Shown here: positions 6,048 to 13,460 of the stretch, piece by piece
How the letters are laid out: the number at the start of each line of letters is the position of its first letter
How positions within the stretch are numbered: position 1 is the first letter of the stretch
Virus record (IMG/VR): IMGVR_UViG_3300022690_000367
Direction: 5' to 3' (one strand)
From: a virus
Length of the DNA stretch: 38,299 nucleotides
The notes under the pieces: generated by a model
Told to the model about the DNA's origin: nothing
Databases searched by the model: none
Seen by the model: the letters and a program-made list of their open reading frames with translations, nothing else
Translations under genes and position numbers: made by a program

Positions 6048-6692
6048 CTAATATGGATAAGCGTATTCTTCACACGAAGTATCCAAGCAACCCTCAAAAT
6101 CATAAGGGTTAAATTGCCAGCTTAGTTTTCCGCAGCATGGACAATTCCATCGAGTTTTTCCGCTTGATTCTTTCTTTTTTCGTGGCTTTTTATACTTAAT
6201 GCCAGGGCCAGTAATCATCTTTCGAGTGTTAATGTTTTCTCGCTGGAATGTTCTACGAGCCAAACTATTTAAATATGTTTTAGACCAAATTTGACCATTG
6301 GTGATATTGGCACATACATTTTCAGCAGCAACCAAATTCATAGAAATAGCGTTATTGTAATTAAAAGTCATGCCCCCCGTGACAGCAAAAGCAATATCAT
6401 TTCCATTATATTCCCTGGTAATTTGAATAACATATTGATTATTTGGGTCAACATGCGCTGGTAGTTCTTTAAGATGCTGCATATCAACCGCACGAATAGA
6501 AGCTTTATCCACTTCAGATTTCAGCAAAGGCAATGAGTTGATATCAAATCCCAATTCTTTTTGAGCATCTTTAAGGGAATACAATCTAAGATTATCCAAG
6601 TTAGTACCATAACCACAACCGCCAGTATTATGAAACATTACGTTTGAGCCGCAATCACCATGCCTGCTTGTTAAATAAAATAATTTATCCAT
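6048..6692 (-). CDS. Hypothetical protein with a C-terminal Cys cluster (214 aa)
   Basis: ORF track. WNCPCCGK...CLDTSCEE near the C-terminus. Confidence 0.55.
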   Translation of the reverse strand: MDKLFYLTSRHGDCGSNVMFHNTGGCGYGTNLDNLRLYSLKDAQKELGFDINSLPLLKSEVDKASIRAVDMQHLKELPAHVDPNNQYVIQITREYNGNDIAFAVTGGMTFNYNNAISMNLVAAENVCANITNGQIWSKTYLNSLARRTFQRENINTRKMITGPGIKYKKPRKKKESSGKTRWNCPCCGKLSWQFNPYDFEGCLDTSCEEYAYPY

Positions 6693-6942
6693 TAGTGTCT
6701 TTTACCTGTAAGTGTGCGTCAAGTAGCGCTCTGAGATTCGCCTTATTTTCTTTTCGTTTAGCTTCCATATAATCAGAGTCAAGACCTTTAACCTTTTCAC
6801 CAATCCATTCAAAATCCTCTGATTCTTGAAACCAGTCAGACCATTGAGTTAACCAAAAACCATCTTTCTTTAGTTGCGCCACTTCATTAATGCGACCATG
6901 TTTCCTGGTCATGTAAAACCCTAGCTCTAATTTATCGCTCAT
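6685..6942 (-). CDS. Hypothetical protein (85 aa)
   Basis: ORF track. 8-nt overlap with the downstream gene. Confidence 0.5.
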   Translation of the reverse strand: MSDKLELGFYMTRKHGRINEVAQLKKDGFWLTQWSDWFQESEDFEWIGEKVKGLDSDYMEAKRKENKANLRALLDAHLQVKDTNG

Positions 6943-6951
6943 AGTCTTTTC

Positions 6952-7140
6952 CTATTCCGCTAATTGATGTGTGAGCGCTTCAAAGTCAGCGCATCCAGCC
7001 TTATTAGTTAACCAAGCCACATCGCAGCCATAGTTATTTGGCTGAAGTTCAATGTGCGTTATTTCGTGGTCACTACTTACAACCTTCTTTGTAACCATTG
7101 ATATGTAATTTACTTTGTCACCTACTTTAAATTTACTCAT
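6952..7140 (-). CDS. Hypothetical protein (62 aa)
   Basis: The track start at 7149 is TTG. The ATG at 7140 is preceded by AAAGGAA. Confidence 0.5.
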   Translation of the reverse strand: MSKFKVGDKVNYISMVTKKVVSSDHEITHIELQPNNYGCDVAWLTNKAGCADFEALTHQLAE

Positions 7141-7154
7141 TACTGTCAATTCCT

Positions 7155-7349
7155 TTAAAGTAAGTTAAGTAGGGTTCGCAATCCATCAGCGCATTCTCGC
7201 TTACCTTCTCTATTGCCGCGATCAAGTAAGTTGCCTCTTTCTGCCTCCGGTGAACCATCTTGTTTTTCTGGTTCAATTGCGTCTTGCTCCCATCTTGAAG
7301 CGAGAGCAAATAATACATTTTTACTAATTTTCATGTCGTTCATGGTCAT
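7155..7349 (-). CDS. Hypothetical protein (64 aa)
   Basis: ORF track. ATGA coupling to the upstream micro-ORF. Preferred over the overlapping 7133..7318 frame. Confidence 0.45.
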   Translation of the reverse strand: MTMNDMKISKNVLFALASRWEQDAIEPEKQDGSPEAERGNLLDRGNREGKRECADGLRTLLNLL

Positions 7350-7456
7350 TTCCCGTTTAGAAGGTTTAAGACTTGATCTAACGTTAGATCCTTGTCTTCT
7401 TTTCTGTCGTAGTAGTAAGCGCCATACTTACCCATTCTTAGCTCGTAACGTTCCAT
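7346..7456 (-). CDS. Micro-ORF, 36 aa (MERYELRMGKYGAYYYDRKEDKDLTLDQVLNLLNGK)
   Basis: Manual translation. Fills the gap exactly, abutting the stop of the upstream gene (7457) and ATGA-coupled to the gene downstream. Confidence 0.45.
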   Translation of the reverse strand: MERYELRMGKYGAYYYDRKEDKDLTLDQVLNLLNGK

Positions 7457-7648
7457 TTAGTCGTTTCCTGTTTTCTTAACGCAATTTCCACACGCTCTAA
7501 CTTGAGGTTTATCAAAAGCTTCTGATGTTGTTAAAGTCTCTCTTCCACACAAACTTACTTGACCAGGTTTCGAGTCTGCATCAATCAAGAATGCGTGACT
7601 TGCTCGCTTCCAGTGACTACCTTGCCATTTAATTTTTTTATCGTTCAT
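7457..7648 (-). CDS. Hypothetical protein (63 aa, three Cys)
   Basis: ORF track. Confidence 0.5.
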   Translation of the reverse strand: MNDKKIKWQGSHWKRASHAFLIDADSKPGQVSLCGRETLTTSEAFDKPQVRACGNCVKKTGND

Positions 7649-7751
7649 AGTCTTTTCCTTCCTGTTCTTTATCGATTGATCGACAAATTAAATAACCTGG
7701 GATGTAGGTAACTAATACCATCCATACAATGAAAATTATCCAACCTGTCAT
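7638..7751 (-). CDS. Membrane micro-ORF, copy 1 (37 aa, MTGWIIFIVWMVLVTYIPGYLICRSIDKEQEGKDYER)
   Basis: Manual translation. Lies inside the 116-bp repeat and has one hydrophobic helix. Confidence 0.5.
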   Translation of the reverse strand: MTGWIIFIVWMVLVTYIPGYLICRSIDKEQEGKDYER

Positions 7752-7763
7752 TTTATATCTTTT
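7648..7763. repeat. 116-bp perfect direct repeat, copy 1
   Basis: Identical to 8005..8120 when read base by base. Confidence 0.95.
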
Positions 7764-7765
7764 CC

Positions 7766-8002
7766 TTATTTAATCCAGCTCAAAAATTCGTCTGTTTTGA
7801 TTGTGTGAGTGATTTTCTTTCTGGGCTCTTGGCGTTTTCTACCTGCTATGAAGTAGCCAATTAGACACCTTTCGCTTGCCATATAGAAAAAATCAAGTTC
7901 GTCTACAATGGCTGAACATCTGCAAAACTTTTTGATAAACTCTTCTTCTCGCTCGAACACTTGGCAAATATAAGAACTTAGTTTTTGTTGAAAGTTACTC
8001 AT
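7766..8002 (-). CDS. Hypothetical protein (78 aa) bracketed by the 116-bp repeats
   Basis: ORF track. Confidence 0.5.
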   Translation of the reverse strand: MSNFQQKLSSYICQVFEREEEFIKKFCRCSAIVDELDFFYMASERCLIGYFIAGRKRQEPRKKITHTIKTDEFLSWIK

Positions 8003-8003
8003 T

Positions 8004-8108
8004 TTAGTCTTTTCCTTCCTGTTCTTTATCGATTGATCGACAAATTAAATAACCTGGGATGTAGGTAACTAATACCATCCATACAATGAAAATTATCCAA
8101 CCTGTCAT
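8004..8108 (-). CDS. Membrane micro-ORF, copy 2 (34 aa, MTGWIIFIVWMVLVTYIPGYLICRSIDKEQEGKD)
   Basis: Manual translation. ATGA coupling to the stop of 8105..8329. Confidence 0.5.
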   Translation of the reverse strand: MTGWIIFIVWMVLVTYIPGYLICRSIDKEQEGKD

Positions 8109-8120
8109 TTTATATCTTTT
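8005..8120. repeat. 116-bp perfect direct repeat, copy 2
   Basis: Identical to 7648..7763. Confidence 0.95.
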
Positions 8121-8329
8121 ACTTGTTGTTTTGGTTTTACCCATTTAATTAAATAAGCCCAACCTATGGGATGAATAACAGTATTTCCACCAGCCCGGTA
8201 CCACTTGCCCCATCCTTCAGTATAGGAACCACGACATACAGTGATTGATCCGCCTATACCTCTTATTGCAACTATTACCATGTCAGAGTTTGGTGGTAAG
8301 TCAGTGCGCCATTCGTTCGAGTCTTTCAT
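8105..8329 (-). CDS. Hypothetical protein (74 aa)
   Basis: ORF track. Confidence 0.5.
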   Translation of the reverse strand: MKDSNEWRTDLPPNSDMVIVAIRGIGGSITVCRGSYTEGWGKWYRAGGNTVIHPIGWAYLIKWVKPKQQVKDIK

Positions 8330-8649
8330 TTATTAAACAATAAAAATGCTTTTGCGTAATTGGCTGGCTCTTCGTCTTTGACGCTATCTCTTGATATCTT
8401 CGTTTTGTTTTTGTTTTTACGGGCTAAGTCAATGACTTTTTGATTTTTGTAATCTTTGATTTTATTGATAGACTTTAAAATGTCTGATTCTAGCCACATA
8501 AATGACTCTCTTTTATTTCGGGTCGGACTTACTTTTCCGCTTACCAGCTCCAATTTACAGTAATTAGAGAAAGTTGAGTGCGCTAAGGATTCTAAACCTA
8601 AACCTTTGGTTAAAATCTGGATTGCTTGACTGGTTGTTACTGTCTTCAT
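8326..8649 (-). CDS. Hypothetical protein, possibly DNA-binding (107 aa; start trimmed)
   Basis: The ATG at 8649 is preceded by AAGAAGGA. The track start at 8688 lacks a ribosome-binding site. Confidence 0.45.
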   Translation of the reverse strand: MKTVTTSQAIQILTKGLGLESLAHSTFSNYCKLELVSGKVSPTRNKRESFMWLESDILKSINKIKDYKNQKVIDLARKNKNKTKISRDSVKDEEPANYAKAFLLFNK

Positions 8650-8709
8650 GAAATTATCCTTCTTAAAAAGCCCTGGCCGGTATTGCACCAGGTAATGAGT
8701 ACTCTTTAT

Positions 8710-9522
8710 TTAAATATTATTTCTATTTTCAAACTCTTCAACCGTTGTCGCCTTAATGAAGAACTTTCTGTTTTCTTGCATTAAATCTCTTTCTTCTGTT
8801 GTAAATATCCCACCCTTCGTTGGCGCTCTCCATAACATATCTGTTTCTGTTTTTTCCATATCCTGCCAATAACCACCCGCCAAGTTATAATCTTCATTAG
8901 CTAACGCTTCTTTAATCCCTGCAATAGAGTCAAACTTATCTCTAACCAACCTATATAAATCAAGCAAATCTCTGATATTGATTTCATTAGCTTTCATGCC
9001 GTCATCGTCAGTATCAGCCGTAACAATGCCTAGCGCGCCGATTAATGTGTACCTTTGAAGATAGCTGTTAGACGAACCGATGGCTTGTATAGCATTTTTA
9101 GAGCCACTAGCATCCATTGGTGCGCTCATGCTTGTAGATTCTGAGTGGCCGTTTATATGCGTAACGATACATTTAACAGTCATTTCATTATTTTTCACTG
9201 ATTGCTCATAACGAAATGATAAGCCACATTCATTCAAAGGTTTTTTAATGACTGCGTGAATACTTGGTAGGGTCGCATATTTGCAGTTGTGACCGCTTTT
9301 ACCCTTTAGCACTGGCGGGCATATGCTTTGGAAGTCACTCATTGCCTGAACAAATAATCTTTTGGCTTCTTTCTCTTCAATTCTTTCTTGTAAATCCATT
9401 AATTTACTTAACTTATCAACGTCTGCATCACTAGTTATAGCCAACTCAATAAATCTATTAACCTGATCGCCTTGATTAATCACAGTGATATTTGATTGTT
9501 TACTTACTTTAAGCTCTTTCAT
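8710..9522 (-). CDS. erf: ERF-family single-strand annealing (recombination) protein
   Basis: The motif AIQAIGSSNSYLQRYTLIGALGIVTADTDDDG matches the conserved ERF core (GSaxtYaxRYxLxxxLGI..dDDdg). Confidence 0.7.
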   Translation of the reverse strand: MKELKVSKQSNITVINQGDQVNRFIELAITSDADVDKLSKLMDLQERIEEKEAKRLFVQAMSDFQSICPPVLKGKSGHNCKYATLPSIHAVIKKPLNECGLSFRYEQSVKNNEMTVKCIVTHINGHSESTSMSAPMDASGSKNAIQAIGSSNSYLQRYTLIGALGIVTADTDDDGMKANEINIRDLLDLYRLVRDKFDSIAGIKEALANEDYNLAGGYWQDMEKTETDMLWRAPTKGGIFTTEERDLMQENRKFFIKATTVEEFENRNNI

Positions 9523-9686
9523 AATCCAAATACTCCGCCCATTACTGCATATTCAAGCGCTACACACCCAAGAAATGCCGCGATAACTGTGATTGTCCAA
9601 GCCATTCCGCGCCAATCTCTACGCCTTACTGGTTTGTCAGCATGGTCCAGTTGAAAGCTTACTTTTTTAAATCTTTGATTAGTCAT
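9519..9686 (-). CDS. Small membrane protein (55 aa; start trimmed)
   Basis: The ATG at 9686 (MTNQRFKK...) overlaps the upstream stop by 8 nt. C-terminal hydrophobic helix WTITVIAAFLGCVALEYAVMGGVF. Confidence 0.45.
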   Translation of the reverse strand: MTNQRFKKVSFQLDHADKPVRRRDWRGMAWTITVIAAFLGCVALEYAVMGGVFGL

Positions 9687-9954
9687 CGTCTTTCTCCCTT
9701 TGCCATTGAGCGCCAGTTTCAAACCCATTTTCAAACTGTGTTGTCCAATTTGTAGTTCCAATACCGAGAGCTTTTCTAGATGCTTCCATTGCCGCTTCTT
9801 CTACTGTTTGAGGTTTGATTCTATTGCCGTATAAAATAGGAGCGTAATCCAATTTATCATGCCACTTACAATCAATATCAGTAGCCTGGATGATTTTACC
9901 TTCGCTTCTTGCTAGATATAATTCTGACAATGCTTTATCTTGTTCTTGACTCAT
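9679..9954 (-). CDS. Hypothetical protein (91 aa)
   Basis: ORF track. Confidence 0.5.
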   Translation of the reverse strand: MSQEQDKALSELYLARSEGKIIQATDIDCKWHDKLDYAPILYGNRIKPQTVEEAAMEASRKALGIGTTNWTTQFENGFETGAQWQREKDDD

Positions 9955-9969
9955 TACGCCGCCCTCACA

Positions 9970-10380
9970 TTAACCGTTATATGGTTTTCTACCGTGGTAA
10001 CACCCAAGCATTGATCTTGGTGCGTCAAAATTTATTTCTTTACGAATCAAGCCTGCCTGGTGCTTTTTTTGCTTGGCTTTTCTTTCTTGTTCGGCTTCTT
10101 CTTGTTCGAAAATAATATCTTTGATAATTAGCCCGATTTCAGTTTTAGCATTATCAAACATTGCGCGCTGAATCTCATCCAACTCTGTTAGAACTCTTTT
10201 TTGGTCATATTCTGCTAGATGTTGATAAAGGTCAGCGTGATCGATATCAATAATCGCTTCATATACATCAGCATCCAGGCTAATTGATTTTTGAATGAAA
10301 TACTTAATACCTTTGTCGTTCCAGAGGTTTTCTGGTATTCCGAAAAACATATTTTTTACAAAATCTTTTAACTTGTTCAT
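9970..10380 (-). CDS. Hypothetical protein (136 aa)
   Basis: ORF track. First gene after the leader and terminator. Confidence 0.55.
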   Translation of the reverse strand: MNKLKDFVKNMFFGIPENLWNDKGIKYFIQKSISLDADVYEAIIDIDHADLYQHLAEYDQKRVLTELDEIQRAMFDNAKTEIGLIIKDIIFEQEEAEQERKAKQKKHQAGLIRKEINFDAPRSMLGCYHGRKPYNG

Positions 10381-10413
10381 TGTTATTCCCTTGTTGTTTT
10401 AATGCTTTCACCT

Positions 10414-10436
10414 AAAAACCCTCATTCAAGAGGGCT
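10414..10436 (-). terminator. Intrinsic terminator-like hairpin (GCCCUC-UUGAAU-GAGGGU followed by UUUU)
   Basis: Minus-strand RNA reads GAGCCCUCUUGAAUGAGGGUUUUUAGG. Lies about 35 nt upstream of the ATG at 10380. Confidence 0.5.
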
Positions 10437-10673
10437 CGGTCATTTCCTGTGAGTTAGTTGGGGGCGTTACCCCCTGCGTTATCATTATCTAGTACCATTT
10501 TGCGATTGAGATACAGTCAGTCTGCTTCGGCTACTTCGCTCGGCTTTGCGTTTCACTCTTATCCTAGATAATTTAATTTTCTTATATAAGCTTCTAGCTT
10601 CATCGCATTTCAGCGTTACCTTAGTGCATCGGCTTATCCTCCAATAGTACGGGCTTGGTTGGGTACTGGTGAA

Positions 10674-10916
10674 TTAACTACATTTAAACTTAAAGGTTTT
10701 CAGTTCGCCTGTTTGACGGCATCGGAATAAACCAAGGCCACTAATCAACCTTCCCCATTCATTTTTAACACCTTCTTCAACGCTAACAAAACTGAAACTA
10801 GCCTTTAACTTTCTTTTTAAGCCAAAGTGATAGAGATTCTTATTAGAGATAACTTTAAATCCTTTACTTACTGCCTGGCTCTTCGCATGTCGATTTGGCT
10901 TTTTACTGATTGGCAT
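10674..10916 (-). CDS. Basic hypothetical protein (80 aa), first leftward gene of the switch region
   Basis: ORF track. AAGAGGAAAGAAGG lies just upstream of the ATG. Confidence 0.55.
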   Translation of the reverse strand: MPISKKPNRHAKSQAVSKGFKVISNKNLYHFGLKRKLKASFSFVSVEEGVKNEWGRLISGLGLFRCRQTGELKTFKFKCS

Positions 10917-11018
10917 CCTTCTTTCCTCTTAGTTGTTTTGTTTCGATGAAATTAAGGTTACTCTCATTACATTAATCCGTCAAGCTTTTCGTGCAACTTT
11001 ATGTGGTACAAGTATTTG

Positions 11019-11047
11019 TTGACTACTACCGTTATCGGTGGTACTGT
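11019..11047 (+). promoter_or_regulatory. Candidate rightward promoter TTGACT-N17-TACTGT flanked by GTGGTAC repeats
   Basis: -35 at 11019..11024 and -10 at 11042..11047. GTGGTAC occurs at 11003..11009 and 11038..11044. Confidence 0.35.
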
Positions 11048-11078
11048 CTAGGTATCTTAAATAGTAAAGGCGTTAAAA

Positions 11079-11237
11079 ATGAAAATAGATAAGAAGCTTA
11101 GAATTCATCCAGAAGTGAATGAGAAGTTAAGGGATTTAGTGGCTCATAGGCAGTTAATTGGTCATAGCGTTAATACTGGTAAGGCTATTGTAGCCGATAT
11201 GATTGTGAAGGCTCATAAAAGGGAGTGTAAAACATGA
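11079..11237 (+). CDS. Ribbon-helix-helix (Arc/CopG-like) regulator candidate, 52 aa
   Basis: Manual translation: MKIDKKLRIHPEVNEKLRDLVAHRQLIGHSVNTGKAIVADMIVKAHKRECKT. AAAGG Shine-Dalgarno sequence and ATGA coupling to the next ORF. Confidence 0.5.
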   Translation: MKIDKKLRIHPEVNEKLRDLVAHRQLIGHSVNTGKAIVADMIVKAHKRECKT

Positions 11238-11509
11238 CTTATACAGAAAAGGCCAGGGAATTAACTGCGAATAAAGATAGCCTGCTTGAAAATGCGATTG
11301 GATTGAGTCATTTGTGCTTCGAGGCAGATCGAGAGGTAATTAAACTTAAAGATCAACTTGATAACTCAATACATAAAGATCATATAGGTGATTTAATTTA
11401 TAAAATGGGTAATTTATCGGTTGGCGGTGTAACTGAAAGAGTATGTCAAGCTAAGGTGGATATGATTCATCTTTTTGTCGATGAACTTAAAGACCTTCTA
11501 TCTAACTAA
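11234..11509 (+). CDS. Hypothetical protein (91 aa)
   Basis: ORF track. Confidence 0.55.
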   Translation: MTYTEKARELTANKDSLLENAIGLSHLCFEADREVIKLKDQLDNSIHKDHIGDLIYKMGNLSVGGVTERVCQAKVDMIHLFVDELKDLLSN

Positions 11510-11531
11510 CTTATTAACCAGGGAGAATAAA

Positions 11532-11711
11532 ATGTGTATAAGATTATTATCAGCGAATACTGAATCAGCCATGCGAACCATTGAGAATTACAAGCAAGTA
11601 CATCAGGTTTCAATGTCAAGCGCTGAGAAACGTAGCAGTTGGAAAGATAGCGCTAACATCAGACTTGAAGAGCGCTTAAACGGGTTTAAAAAGGTGAGTG
11701 ATGATGAATAA
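11532..11711 (+). CDS. Hypothetical protein (59 aa; start trimmed)
   Basis: The ATG at 11532 is preceded by GGGAGA. Confidence 0.5.
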   Translation: MCIRLLSANTESAMRTIENYKQVHQVSMSSAEKRSSWKDSANIRLEERLNGFKKVSDDE

Positions 11712-11844
11712 TTTAGATCACACAGGATTATTACTCAAAGTATTAGAGCTTGAAGCCAAGATAAAGGAACTTGAACTTGAAAGAGTTGAGCTTAAAAAGT
11801 CTGTTAAGAACTTATCGTTATATCTACAGGTTCAAGCTATCTAA
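11701..11844 (+). CDS. Micro-ORF, 47 aa, coiled-coil-like (MMNNLDHTGLLLKVLELEAKIKELELERVELKK...)
   Basis: Manual translation. Overlaps its neighbours at both ends. Confidence 0.4.
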   Translation: MMNNLDHTGLLLKVLELEAKIKELELERVELKKSVKNLSLYLQVQAI

Positions 11845-12020
11845 TGGAACGTAAATGGCGTCCATTTCGATTCGTACCTTTCATGACAGGTAAAGAGATA
11901 TGTGAAGGTTATCGAGAGAGGGGCGTCAAGTTCAACAGGGATGTTTTCAAGGAAGATAAAAAGACAGCGATGGTCTTTGTTGATATATTTATTATTGAGA
12001 TGATTAATTTTAAAAAATAA
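11844..12020 (+). CDS. Micro-ORF, 58 aa (MERKWRPFRFVPFMTGKEICEGYRERGVKF...)
   Basis: Manual translation. TAATG overlap with the previous ORF. Confidence 0.4.
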   Translation: MERKWRPFRFVPFMTGKEICEGYRERGVKFNRDVFKEDKKTAMVFVDIFIIEMINFKK

Positions 12021-12031
12021 AGAAGTTTATT

Positions 12032-12286
12032 ATGATTTTTTTAAAGAAAGCTTGGATCCCTGGCGTTATTACAGAAAAGATTGAGCGTGATTTCTACACG
12101 ATTAGAGATGCATATAAGGAGCAGGGTGTGATTTACAAGCTTGAGCTGTTTGATTATGAACTAGGGAACGCTATCGCAGTATCAGACGATTATATTGCCA
12201 CAATGATTATTTGGTACAAAATCAGTGTTATTTTTGAAGTCGAAATGATTATTAATCGGTTGCAAAATAATGAAATATCTATTTAA
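12032..12286 (+). CDS. Hypothetical protein (84 aa)
   Basis: ORF track. Confidence 0.5.
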   Translation: MIFLKKAWIPGVITEKIERDFYTIRDAYKEQGVIYKLELFDYELGNAIAVSDDYIATMIIWYKISVIFEVEMIINRLQNNEISI

Positions 12287-12374
12287 ACTATTTTATTTCT
12301 CGCTTGTAGTATTGTTTTGGATAGTAGTCATTTTATGTGTTTCTTATTCGTTTTTTAGGGGTTTTTATGAATGA
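12270..12374 (+). CDS. Hydrophobic micro-ORF, 34 aa (MKYLFKLFYFSLVVLFWIVVILCVSYSFFRGFYE)
   Basis: Manual translation. Overlaps both neighbours. Speculative. Confidence 0.25.
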   Translation: MKYLFKLFYFSLVVLFWIVVILCVSYSFFRGFYE

Positions 12375-12567
12375 ATTTGCTAAAGCGTTGAGACTGCAAT
12401 TAAAAGCGATGGATATTTTAATCGCTGAGAAAGATGAGGTGATTGAAAATTTACTAAAATACAGGCAACCCGCCGAAATTGAACTTTTAAGACGCCTGCA
12501 AATTCAGAAAAAGCTAAATCTTAGTTTGATTGATGAGATCCAGAAAATCAAGGCTGATAAGTCATGA
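12367..12567 (+). CDS. Hypothetical protein (66 aa; start trimmed)
   Basis: The ATG at 12367 is preceded by AGGGG. Confidence 0.5.
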   Translation: MNEFAKALRLQLKAMDILIAEKDEVIENLLKYRQPAEIELLRRLQIQKKLNLSLIDEIQKIKADKS

Positions 12568-12809
12568 GAGAAGTTGCTGAATGGCTATTTGTTGTTATTT
12601 TAATAATTGCTACAATATATCTTTTAATTGATACATACAACGACAGAAGTAACAAGGCTAGTTGCTTAGATAGTGAGTATAAAACCACTGATTACGATGT
12701 GAAATTAGGTGTTTTGTATTGCCGGTCAAGCGATAACTCTTACCAGCGACTAATCAAGCCTAAAGCTAGGTCGCCACATTTGGATGACCATAAATCGGAG
12801 AAAGAATAG
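12564..12809 (+). CDS. N-terminally membrane-anchored protein (81 aa)
   Basis: Hydrophobic segment WLFVVILIIATIYLLI. ATGA coupling. Confidence 0.5.
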   Translation: MREVAEWLFVVILIIATIYLLIDTYNDRSNKASCLDSEYKTTDYDVKLGVLYCRSSDNSYQRLIKPKARSPHLDDHKSEKE

Positions 12810-13021
12810 TGAGTAACCTTAAATATTTACTAATACTTGTATTGTCTAGTTGCGAACCATATACATCAAAAACGATAGAAGGAACTAACCTTTTATTAGA
12901 TGAGGTATGCATAAGGGGTGTGACTTATTATATTGGAGGTCGAATGCTCTCGCCAGAATATAATAATGATGGAAGTTTAATTCTATGTGAAAATAAACTT
13001 GATAAAAAGGAGAATAAATAA
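12809..13021 (+). CDS. Putative small lipoprotein (70 aa, GTG start)
   Basis: Lipobox-like LVLSSC after a short signal sequence. GGAG 8 nt upstream of the GTG. Confidence 0.45.
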   Translation: MSNLKYLLILVLSSCEPYTSKTIEGTNLLLDEVCIRGVTYYIGGRMLSPEYNNDGSLILCENKLDKKENK

Positions 13022-13209
13022 GATAATAGTAGGGCTGATTTAATTAGTTAGGTTTCGTAGCCTACATAATACACCTAAAGAAAGAGTTTACACATGTCGT
13101 TACTGGTCAATTTTCTTAGGTGGATTTTCTAGGTACGATGACGACAGTTGTAAGCTCTTTTTTATGCCTGTCAATAACCTTCCTGGTTATAGAGGTAGTT
13201 TTGAATAAT

Positions 13210-13285
13210 CGCGGTATAGTGTAGTCGGTTAGCACATGGTCCTTTGAAGTCCATAGGTTGGGTTCGAATCCCGATACCGCTGCCA
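13210..13285 (+). tRNA. tRNA-Gln (anticodon UUG), 76 nt with encoded CCA
   Basis: Hand-folded cloverleaf: D stem GTGT/GCAC, anticodon loop CTTTGAA, T arm TTGGG-TTCGAAT-CCCGA, acceptor 6 bp plus a C1:U72 mismatch, discriminator G73, then CCA. Confidence 0.8.
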
Positions 13286-13460
13286 TTCAAAGCAATAAGT
13301 GTTTATATGTATTTCAGAGTGACCAACCTTGATAATTTGGGTGTATCTGGGCAAAGCCACATTAAAGTTTATCGTTGGGTCTTACTGTGGCACAGCTAGC
13401 AAGTTAGATTATCTATCTTAGGCTTGTTAGTTGTTTGACCTCTCTAAACACTTCCTCAGA

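Noticed and set aside
7133-7318. 61-aa ORF overlapping 7155..7349 in another frame
   Set aside because: The 7155..7349 frame is translationally coupled on its upstream side (ATGA) and fits the operon packing. The two cannot both be real.
3991-10115. Plus-strand ORFs 3991..4179, 7213..7479 and 9909..10115
   Set aside because: Antisense shadows within the minus-strand early operon.
10640-10672. Twister-ribozyme-like string CCAAGCCCG...GGAGG on the minus strand
   Set aside because: It resembles only the L4 loop and 3' strand of the rice twister as I remember it. P1/P2 and the flanking conserved nucleotides cannot be drawn.
13391-13406. Sigma54-like TGGCAC-N5 element and the palindrome CTGTGGCACAG
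   Set aside because: The downstream element is GCAA, not TTGC. The 11-bp palindrome alone is weak evidence.
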